64,000 nucleotides of DNA from an uncultured Acidobacteriota bacterium. GTDB taxonomy: Bacteria > Acidobacteriota > Blastocatellia > RBC074. Below the pieces are notes generated by a model. It did no database searches. It was given only the letters and a program-made list of their open reading frames with translations, and was not told where the DNA came from. The stretch lies in NCBI GenBank assembly GCA_963796275.1, contig CAWCKY010000003.1, positions 160,001-224,000 of the forward strand, in the 5' to 3' direction. Each line of letters starts with the position of its first letter. The first letter of the stretch is position 1. Below are positions 55,914-64,000 of this stretch, one piece after another. A program made the translations under genes and the position numbers.

Positions 55914-56346
55914 CATATTCCTTCTTGAGTCGTATACCACTGATTCCAAGGATATCGGGCCTGGAATACGTACGACACTGGTTGAATTTGATTGCAAGCG
56001 ATACCTATATAGCTTGGCATGGTTGCTTCTCTCACTAGAGGTCATAGGAATATGGCTGATGATATATGTTGGAGCGGGCCGATATGGGGCAGCCTTGATC
56101 TTCGCATTGGTTTGGACCTTGCCTAATGCGTTTTACCTCTCTAGGGAGGAAAGAAATTGGTTGAGGAGGTCAACGTAGAGGGAGAGGGCTCACCCAGTGA
56201 TACTGTTCGGTAAAAATCAGAATCCGAATCTGATAGAGAACAAGATAAGGAAATGGCTTAATTACCTACCAGAGACGTAGAAACAAAACTGCTATGTCCC
56301 AGAATACTAATTATGTATCTTCACTTATGAATGAAAGATTGAGTCT

Positions 56347-57256
56347 ATGAAAGAATTTGCAGATTTACTCCAAGCAGTTGCTTCAGTCTTTTGGCCCATC
56401 CTTGTGTTCATCATAGTCATATGGTTCAAAAAAGAGATTAAAGAAATTCTGAAGCGTATTAAGCGGGGAAAGATATTAGGTCAAGAACTTGAGCTTGAAG
56501 AAGACTTGAACAAGTTGAATAGGACTGCTGTTGCCTCGGCATCTGAAGTTGCTTCATTACCTCCGTTAACTGACCCAGACAAAGTGCAAGATAGTAATCT
56601 TAATCGTAATATCAGGAGAGCTGCTTCGTTAAGCGAAGTTCTTAACGTTTTAGATTTAGCAGAATCATCCCCTAAAGCCGCTTTAGTGACTTTGGCAATT
56701 GAGATTGAGAAGGAGTTGCGGGAGATAATATTTAGTCAAGGGCAAGTAGGTAACCCATACAATTTTACAATGAGGAATGCAATTGACATTCTTAGAAAAA
56801 GAGGTCCATTACCTGACTCTACTATTCTGGCACTGGATAGCTTCATTAGAATACGTAATAAAATTGTTCATGCCGGGTGAGGTACCCTGTGATGAGATTT
56901 TAAGAACGATTGATTCAGGAGCTTTAATTCTTTTGACTTTGAAGTCTATACCTCGCCTAAAAGTATATGTTTATCACCCTAACGTGACAGTTTATTCAGA
57001 TAAAGAATGCACAAAGCCTATAGATGATGCTCGTGGTATTATTCTTGAGATGACCGATTCTAAGGGTGAAGACAAGCATATTGGTATATATCCGAGCACC
57101 AAAAAACATTTTGTAAAAGGCAAACAGGTAGCTTGGGAATGGGATAATAAAAACAGATGGGGATTGTCATGGTATCGTGATCCCGATACTAACGAAATAA
57201 AATTAGCGTGGGGTGAATCATTCGAATTTGTAGGTCGAAATGTTGAGGATACGTAG
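56347..57256 (+). CDS. TM plus HEPN-like (RxxxxH) protein with Trp-rich C-terminal domain; +1 frameshift at ~56875
   Basis: RNKIVH at 56854-56871; removing one G in CATGCCGGG fuses ORFs 56347 and 56777 (HAGEVP...). Confidence 0.65.
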
Positions 57257-57276
57257 TCTATCAATTGGACATCGGT

Positions 57277-57768
57277 TCATCTGAAAACCTTGCTCCAGTT
57301 TATAGCTCTCCAAGGCAGGTCTTCCTCTATTTTATTTAAAAGTTCGTATAAGACCTCCTTCTGTTTCATACCAAATTGGCTATCAATGTAATCTGCTATC
57401 CCAAAGAATAGATTCTTATTTCTCACACCACAGAGATCAGCTATGTGCCGGAGGCTGTACTCGACATCAAGGCCGGTGACTGGCCCTTGAAGTGATTGCT
57501 CCCTGAGTTTTAGAAAATTTAGACGCCACCTGACTTGTTCGGCAGCACCATGCTTCATTCTGTTGAAAGTCTTTTCATTCAGCATATCCATTACACCTCT
57601 CGGGAACCCTTTAAGAGTTCCCGGATCGTGAATATCCCATTGATCAATCTGCTTCAGCTTTTGGACAAGCTGATAACAACGAATGCAGAGTCCTTTTGCC
57701 CTGTGACGGTATCGTTCCGTCCCACACTCCTGGCATTTTTCATATTTGCTTGACCATCTTTTTTCCAT
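57277..57768 (-). CDS. Hypothetical protein with N-terminal Cys4 zinc finger
   Basis: CQECG...GLCIRCY; GAGGAG RBS before ATG 57768. Confidence 0.7.
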   Translation of the reverse strand: MEKRWSSKYEKCQECGTERYRHRAKGLCIRCYQLVQKLKQIDQWDIHDPGTLKGFPRGVMDMLNEKTFNRMKHGAAEQVRWRLNFLKLREQSLQGPVTGLDVEYSLRHIADLCGVRNKNLFFGIADYIDSQFGMKQKEVLYELLNKIEEDLPWRAINWSKVFR

Positions 57769-57836
57769 GGTGGCTCCTCTGTAGACGATCACTGAGAAGT
57801 GAAGGAATTTGAACAGAAGGATTCTCGACGAACGTC

Positions 57837-58028
57837 TCACTCGTAGATCAGCCGGAACGCTCCAAGAACGATCATGACCACTCCACCGATGATCATAATC
57901 AATCGGGATCGGAGTGTCAGTGGATATCTCAGTGTCGATCCAGGCATCGCTCCAGTGCCATGGGTCGCAAATATTCCCATTACTATGAAGAATACGCCGA
58001 AACCAATCAACGCCCAGTGTTCTTTCAT
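57837..58028 (-). CDS. Small two-TM membrane protein
   Basis: 63 aa, GGAGG RBS. Confidence 0.6.
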   Translation of the reverse strand: MKEHWALIGFGVFFIVMGIFATHGTGAMPGSTLRYPLTLRSRLIMIIGGVVMIVLGAFRLIYE

Positions 58029-58365
58029 GGCAACCCCTCCAACTGAAGGTTAAGTACAGTCCTCCACCAAAGGCTAAATTACAAGATAACGCTAACCCTT
58101 GTTGGGTATTATCGCAGCTTCCCTCCTGTAGGGTCATTGAAAGAGGCGTGACCGGCTTGATGATCGAAATTGGGAAAAAGGGAACGCCGGGTTCTGTTCA
58201 AATTTATTCACTTCGCTGTTCAAATTCTTTCACTTTCTGACGATCGCCGACATCCTCCGACCTACATCAGTTGTGTTCTTATATTAAGTAGTCGAGTTGA
58301 ATATTGATCATTGATTATGTCGAGAGTAGAATCCCCACGTAACACCATAGGGAGGTTTAATTCAG

Positions 58366-58743
58366 ATGAATATCTCATCAAGTAGATCGTCAACTGAAAT
58401 TTATCATTCGGACAGTTATGCAAGTACACTTTATGACAGAATCCAAACAAATTTTGAGACCATTAGGGCAGATCTAAAGGAAGATGAAGAACTATTCGCA
58501 TATTGCACCACAACAGTTGGTGAGGTGATCAAGATCACAGGTTTCGGCTTTCAAAATCCATACTTAATGATCATCTATGGGGAAGACCAAGAAATGAACC
58601 CTTGTCAGATTCTTACCCATGCCTACTCGTTTCAGATCACTATGAAGGTGCTAAAGATACGAGATGAAACCCAAAATCAGAGAAGGGTCATTGGATTTCT
58701 TGGAGATATAGGCAAAAAATCGGACCCGGAATCCGATCAATAA
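58366..58743 (+). CDS. DUF6173-like protein
   Basis: AS..Y.RI, GFQNP.L.IYG.D..NP.Q...H, RRVIGF C-terminus. Confidence 0.65.
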   Translation: MNISSSRSSTEIYHSDSYASTLYDRIQTNFETIRADLKEDEELFAYCTTTVGEVIKITGFGFQNPYLMIIYGEDQEMNPCQILTHAYSFQITMKVLKIRDETQNQRRVIGFLGDIGKKSDPESDQ

Positions 58744-59056
58744 CAATAGAATGAAGAGGCTTAAACGAAAAGGCTGATCTATAGCTATGCAAGATAGATA
58801 TCTCAAGTGGGAGATCATTTTCGCTCACACTCCTGTTACTGTTAACGACCCTAACTAAAAAATCTCTCCTTCCCTATTCCCGGATCCATTGTAGGATGGC
58901 TCTATTTGGATCTAGGAGGATCCAGGATGGATTTTTCCCTTCGATGGATCCCCCCTCCTGTGGGTGAGAGTGAAAAAGCCTCTCCAGGGATACCCAGAAG
59001 TGCTAAAAGTGAGGAATTAAGGACTCTGGTCAATCAGAAAACAATAGGAGGTGCTC

Positions 59057-59461
59057 TTATAAGTCCCCATAACTCTCAAGGATGGTTTGTTTGATCCTGT
59101 ATCTCTCATTGTGAAATCTATGCCTGGTTCTACACCTATCGCACAACTTGAAGACCTCTCCCCTCTCCCGGCCACATTCTGCACATAACCCTGCTCGTAG
59201 ACGGGATTGTCTGAGAGCTTTCTCCCTTTTAGACTCCCTCCTACGTCTCCTCTCTACGATCTCCTGGGATAGGATTTTCCTTCTCATCCTCTTCGACTTC
59301 GGGGGGCTGCCTCTCCTTTGGTCTCGGAAGATTCGTTGATGAAAGCGTTCGATCATATCGGATGTCGAGATAGGCTTCTCGATGATGACGTTATCTCCTA
59401 CTTGCCTGACCTTCACTCGCTCGATCTTCGTTTGCCTGGCCTCTGGTTGCCTGCCCTTCAC
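59057..59461 (-). CDS. Basic hypothetical protein with Cys4 motif
   Basis: Arg-rich, GLCAECG....LCDRC. Confidence 0.6.
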   Translation of the reverse strand: MKGRQPEARQTKIERVKVRQVGDNVIIEKPISTSDMIERFHQRIFRDQRRGSPPKSKRMRRKILSQEIVERRRRRESKREKALRQSRLRAGLCAECGRERGEVFKLCDRCRTRHRFHNERYRIKQTILESYGDL

Positions 59462-59583
59462 GATTCATCTCCCTTTTCGAGCTTATTTGGTACGGGGAAT
59501 GTATCCATTCAATTCTACCCTTCAACTGGAGGGTCTATATGCCTTCCCTCCTCATCTCTTGTGTGTGCGTGGAGACCTCTCCA

Positions 59584-60300
59584 TCAACAATTCCTAGCAG
59601 CCCTGTAACCTGCCTTCTCAGCCTCAGCTCTAGTTCGGAAGTATATCTTGTTACGCTCTGCTATTCGATGGTAAGAAGGACATCCCGGCCAATGATAGAT
59701 CATGCTGTTCTTGTTGCCGATGATTTTTTCGTCAACCTCCTGTGTTGGTTTGGGCTTTTGTGTAGCCTTGCTACCACCCTTTCTATAATCCCAAGGTGCA
59801 ATTGGCGACTTGTCGGCCCACAGTCCTGTTTTAGAAAGTCTGGCGTAGTTTTCGAGAACTTCATATTCTTTGGCTAAATCAAAGGCTAGTTCACTTGCAT
59901 ACTCTTTGTAAAACCAAGCCATACCACTAGTTAGTTGTTGAGAGGATGCACCTTGAATAGTACCCGTTTGATCAAAGTATAGTACCTCTCCCACAAGTCG
60001 CCCACCTCTGTCAGTTTTCTTTGAATGGACTGTTACATTTCTAGTGAAAACTTTGTCTGAAAGAGATTGCTTTGCTGCTTGGCCGAATGGTTGCCCAAGT
60101 TCAGGAGCATCTATTCCATCAAGGCGAATCTTGTGCTGCTGGTTATCTTTGTCGAGGATAGTGATAGTATCACCATCTGTAACGCCCACTACCTTGCCAG
60201 TGATCTTGCTTTCCCGTGCTATGGATATCAGACTGAAACTAAAGATCAATGAGAGTGCTATTCCCAGAATCTGTAACATTCTTTTATTCTTTTGATTCAT
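59584..60300 (-). CDS. Secreted thermonuclease (SNase) with C-terminal Ada-like metal-binding domain
   Basis: V.DGDT, IRLDGIDAPE..Q.FG, GLW...PWDYR; GNKNS.IYH.PGC...AGYRAARNC. Confidence 0.9.
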   Translation of the reverse strand: MNQKNKRMLQILGIALSLIFSFSLISIARESKITGKVVGVTDGDTITILDKDNQQHKIRLDGIDAPELGQPFGQAAKQSLSDKVFTRNVTVHSKKTDRGGRLVGEVLYFDQTGTIQGASSQQLTSGMAWFYKEYASELAFDLAKEYEVLENYARLSKTGLWADKSPIAPWDYRKGGSKATQKPKPTQEVDEKIIGNKNSMIYHWPGCPSYHRIAERNKIYFRTRAEAEKAGYRAARNC

Positions 60301-60303
60301 ACC

Positions 60304-60564
60304 TTACTCCTTTGCAATTTCAACCGGCCCATCTATCGAGACTGATCCATTTACATCTACTTGACCATCCTGCACAAATACGACAGGTATAGATGAGACA
60401 ACAGCCTTTCTTGCTTCGTTATTTTTTGCATCTTTGATATCTCCAACTGTCGGCACCCTCTGTGATCTGATATCACGCAATATAGTCACTGCAGTCAGTA
60501 GCAATAAAATAACTGCTGCTTTATACACAATGTCTACTATTTTTAATGCATTCTCTCGATTCAT
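60304..60564 (-). CDS. Small membrane-anchored hypothetical protein
   Basis: N-terminal TM; directly upstream of the nuclease. Confidence 0.65.
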   Translation of the reverse strand: MNRENALKIVDIVYKAAVILLLLTAVTILRDIRSQRVPTVGDIKDAKNNEARKAVVSSIPVVFVQDGQVDVNGSVSIDGPVEIAKE

Positions 60565-60745
60565 ACCCCTACCCCTTGTGTAACGTAAAATTTAAAGTGA
60601 GGGATATATCCATCTCCCCACTTCTGGAAGAGCTATGCGACTAAACCATTTCTAATTCAGTTCATCTCCTCATCTGATCGCCCGAGCTTCTCCGTTAATG
60701 ATCGTGAGTCCCCATAGAGACAAATTTGCCTTCAATATCTCCAGC

Positions 60746-62364
60746 TCAATCGGGGAGATTCTCGCCTGTCCTCTCATAGGTCCTTTTGGCAGTCAGTAGG
60801 GAAGGAGAATTTATCCCCATCCTTTGTGTCATCTCGATGATGCTTAAGGCTGTGTGTGTGGCCTGATCGAGATCATTTTGAGATTCCTCTTCCTCCTCCA
60901 GCTCCTGGGTAGATTCCAGGTTTGCCCTTTCTATTTCAGCTATGCCCTCAATGTATGAAGAGGGCATAGCTGACTTTTTTTCCTTATAAATATATTTATT
61001 ATCTATAGTTTCTGAGCTTTGCCCATTGTCCATAGAAGGGCAAAGCGGATGGCAAAGCTGAACCACAGAATTATTAGAATCTCCCCCCTCCAGGTTTGAC
61101 CTTTCCAGTTTCAGGTTTGACCTTTTGTCTATTAAGGGCAAAGCTGGGAAGGTATGAGAAATAATAAGGTTAGGCTCTATTTTGTCTGAGCTTTGACCTT
61201 TGCCCCAAGGAAAGGCAAAGCTGGATTCATCAGGGCAAAGCTGAGATTCCCTCCCTGAATTATTAGAATCAGAGGAGACAATTTCTGTCTCCTCCATCTT
61301 CTCAGCCTTATCTCCCCGGCCCTTCTCAGGCAGGCTCCAATAGGTCCTAATGTCTTTGCCCTGGCCTTCCCATCTGATTAGCACACCTAGCTTGCCTCTT
61401 GCAGTCGTTAGTTGCTTCTCACTGATGCCCTCCCTTTTTGCAACTTCCTTGATATCAGATGAAGGCACTTCCCTCTTCTCCAACATTACTAGCAAAAGGG
61501 TAGTTGCATCAGCCTTCTCCGATCCCTCATCCTCATTCGGAATCTGATAAGCAAGGGCTTTCTCAAGACTGAACTGAGGGGGGACATCAGTCCATTTCAA
61601 TACCCCAACTCCATCATCGGTATCTTGAATCACATACCCAATGGGCCTAAGCTCATTACATATATTGCCCCCATTGTAGTGTAGGGCTCTCTCCTCCTGG
61701 TTATCGGGGTTAGTAACTGCAATGAATGCAGAACGTACTGCTGCTATGAAGTCGATAGATCCCTGGCCTCTGTACATAGCCTTCGAGCTATTACCCTTGT
61801 TGAGATGTCGAACAACTACAACAGCACAGTTGTATTTTGCTGCCAGTATTTGGAGTCTTTGCATCGGCTGTCTGACCTTGTTTGCCTGATTCATATCGAG
61901 ACTTCCCCCGACATACAAAGAAATTGGATCAAAGATGACCAGATCAGGTTTGACTTCAGAGATAGCTTTTTCGATGGAGAGGATGTTGACCTCATCCAGG
62001 GTTACATAGGTATCGATGATTCCTATGTTGTCCATATTGCCTTTAGATGCCTGAGCCGAGGTTTGATAACCTTTGAGCTATTGTTCTCCAATGAGAAGAT
62101 CAAAACCTTCCCCGGCCCTCTTTCAGTCCATCCAGGCAAAAGGTCATACCTGCCATTCGATACTGCCGAAGCCCAAGAGAAGGTGATCCAACTTTTTCCT
62201 GCCTTTGGGTCTCCGTCAATAATTGTTACTTCCCCAATAGGTACTCCGGGCATAAGCCAATCAAATTTTTCCTCCTCGATATCCTTCATCCATTTGATTG
62301 AGAGAGGTTTTGCATCGGTCTTTGTCTGAAATTTTGGGGTAGGTTTGGGAATTTTATTTGGCAT
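60746..62364 (-). CDS. AAA_25 (RepA/SF4-like) replicative helicase, one base missing near 62037
   Basis: Walker A GDPKAGKS in ORF 62364, Walker B LVIFDP and VVVRHLNK..GS...A..RS in ORF 62035; adding one A gives HLKANMDNI. Confidence 0.85.
60917..61270. repeat. Iteron-like origin inside the 3' part of the helicase gene
   Basis: GGCAWAGC(TG) motif in both orientations about 8 times, 14-bp inverted repeat 60936-60973, AT-rich tract 60975-61010. Confidence 0.7.
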
Positions 62365-62539
62365 AACTCACCCCCTCCTTGATTTCAAACTCCCCCAGAT
62401 TTGGATGGCTCTGATCATCAATATCCATAGGGGTGGAGAGATCATCACTGGCTGTGCTATAATCCCCCCAGTTTAGATTTTCATTTATTGTTGGCAGCTT
62501 CGGAATCATCATCTCGGGGCTGCCTTTTCGTTTGTCCAT
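62354..62539 (-). CDS. Small hypothetical protein upstream of helicase
   Basis: AGGAG RBS, MDKRKGSP...; overlaps helicase start. Confidence 0.55.
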   Translation of the reverse strand: MDKRKGSPEMMIPKLPTINENLNWGDYSTASDDLSTPMDIDDQSHPNLGEFEIKEGVSYAK

Positions 62540-62705
62540 ACAATTTCTCCTTCTCGAAATTATTTTTAAATGGATGGCCCCATCAGCCAACCTTTTTAAG
62601 CTACTGCAAAATTCGATCAAAAGTCTCGATTGCTCTCTTCCCTTGTGCCAGAGCCTTCTCGATTTCATTCCTCAATTGTCTGTCGCTCATATGATCCCTC
62701 CTTTT

Positions 62706-62885
62706 TCAGGCTGCCCTCTTCTCACACCTCGACAGGAAGTCTTGAAGGTGCCTCTCGCTATACTTGACCTTGCCACAGACCTTGAAAAATCCTATGGCTC
62801 CTTTCTTTCTCAAACGATAGAGGGTGATTCGGTTTTTGAATCCCAAAATCACAGTTGCCTCTCGCTCTGTAAAAGTTTTCTCCAC
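62706..62885 (-). CDS. AlpA/excisionase-like HTH protein (59 aa, missed by ORF track)
   Basis: GAGGAGG RBS, GTG; MEKTFTEREATVILGFKNRITLYRLRKKGAIGFFKVCGKVKYSERHLQDFLSRCEKRAA. Confidence 0.8.
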   Translation of the reverse strand: MEKTFTEREATVILGFKNRITLYRLRKKGAIGFFKVCGKVKYSERHLQDFLSRCEKRAA

Positions 62886-63287
62886 TTCTTCCTCCTCTCT
62901 AAAAGTATCTCTTGACTAAAAGTAACATCTAAGCTACTGTCCCTGCTACACTTTATACACCTTAAAGATACTGTGTGTTTCTGTCAAGTTACCCAATGTT
63001 ACATCTTTAATCTGATTTAATGACCTCCAGAAGCCCTATAAACAAAGCCTCTCACGATGGTAGGCTACTCCCAAAAATAAAAAGAGGGAGCCAGACAAAT
63101 CCAGCTCTCTCAAAAATGACAGATGGCTAAATAACAGAGAGACAGGGGGATGAGAGATGCATCAAGAGGAAAGCTGAGCAGGAAAAGAGAGAAGTCAAGG
63201 GAGGAGTTGGAGGACCTTTGGAGACAAAATATACTTAAGGCATTAGGGGCGAGCCTTCTCGATCCTCTGTAGGCACACACATAGATA

Positions 63288-63989
63288 TTATCTAGACTCT
63301 TTTCTTCGACTCATGAATTGAATGAGGTCCCGGACAGCTTGGTCTGCTAATGCGTCTGTCGCAACCTCAGCAGCTCGAATGCGTTTGACTTCAACACCCT
63401 CCACTGTGAGAGGAACGAGTCGCTTGTCAGCTTCGGCAGGCAGTTCTTTGTGAAAAGTATCGCCATCAACTTCGACAACGAAGGTCAAGCCCTTATATAC
63501 AATAATGAAGTCTGGCTCTAAGCGATTGTATCTATTGCCGATCCGTACAAACACAGGAAGTGGTGCGACAGCAAGTTGAGCACGGGTCATAGCCTCAAAC
63601 AATGTTATCTCTGCCTTCGACCGAAAGAGTAGCCCACGGTGCTGCTGAGAAGCAATGTTGTCGCTTCTAACTCTTCCCTGGTTGGTGACACCTTCACCTT
63701 TGACAAAGCGTATCGCTTCTTCTCTCCAAGTTTCAGTTGCTGAACTCACCTTTGGGGAAATCACAACTAACTTGAGGTCATCGTTAGAGGTAGACACGAA
63801 GAAGGGCCTTGCTACATCCTTTATTGAATCCTCAGTCGAACTACGTTCCTCTTCGGAGAGAGCGTAGAAGATGTGGACGGGCAATGAGATGTATAGAGTC
63901 CAATAGGCAACATCAAAATCATTTTCGTAGAATGAGAACCAGCAATCTCCTTCAACAACTGCCGTAATCGCCCTAGCATCTCCCCTCAT
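63288..63989 (-). CDS. PD-(D/E)xK / DUF559-like endonuclease domain protein, frame open to window edge (may be 5'-truncated)
   Basis: FRSKAE, EPDF, VVEVDG..FH motifs. Confidence 0.75.
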   Translation of the reverse strand: MRGDARAITAVVEGDCWFSFYENDFDVAYWTLYISLPVHIFYALSEEERSSTEDSIKDVARPFFVSTSNDDLKLVVISPKVSSATETWREEAIRFVKGEGVTNQGRVRSDNIASQQHRGLLFRSKAEITLFEAMTRAQLAVAPLPVFVRIGNRYNRLEPDFIIVYKGLTFVVEVDGDTFHKELPAEADKRLVPLTVEGVEVKRIRAAEVATDALADQAVRDLIQFMSRRKESR

Positions 63990-64000
63990 CTTCAGCCCTT

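Larger units (their letters stand above)
50074..64000. mobile_element. Integrated element (phage-satellite/IME-like) at tRNA-Leu 3' end, extends beyond window
   Basis: Abrupt compositional change after tRNA, short hypothetical genes, Xis/AlpA-like HTHs, AAA_25 helicase with iterons; no capsid/tail genes, integrase or attR seen in window. Confidence 0.85.

Noticed and set aside
57769-58137. N-terminal extension of ORF 57277-58137
   Set aside because: Overlaps a better small membrane-protein gene; a good RBS supports ATG 57768
53334-58743. Integron cassette array
   Set aside because: No attC-like RYYYAAC...GTTRRRY sites recognised and genes lie in mixed orientation

Overview
Bacterial chromosome segment, most likely Acidobacteriota (Blastocatellia-like, inferred from three Acidobacterial-type secreted VWA proteins and the general gene content). 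It starts at the replication origin: dnaA plus downstream DnaA boxes and DnaA-trios. About 48 kb of housekeeping and envelope genes follow: peptidases, nucleoside transporter, nagB, cbs, a GGDEF/histidine kinase pair, a lipid-modification operon, a MacAB-like pump divergent from a Spy/ECF-sigma/anti-sigma operon, pdxH, an NrtR-controlled pncB-pncA NAD salvage operon, uppP, glyQS and tyrS. After tyrS lies an unexplained array of five ~35-nt repeats, each with a boxA-like TCTTTGAAAA core. From the 3' end of tRNA-Leu(CAA) (50073) to the window end lies a more AT-rich integrated element without capsid or tail genes. It carries an HTH/SWIM divergent switch and a membrane protein coupled to a gene with an internal 13-bp palindrome array. 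It also has a cargo hotspot (including a TM-HEPN candidate) and an AlpA-like/AAA_25 helicase replication module whose gene contains an iteron-like origin. Its integrase and attR are not in the window. Several single-base frameshifts look like long-read consensus errors. All family assignments are from motif recognition by eye, not database searches.
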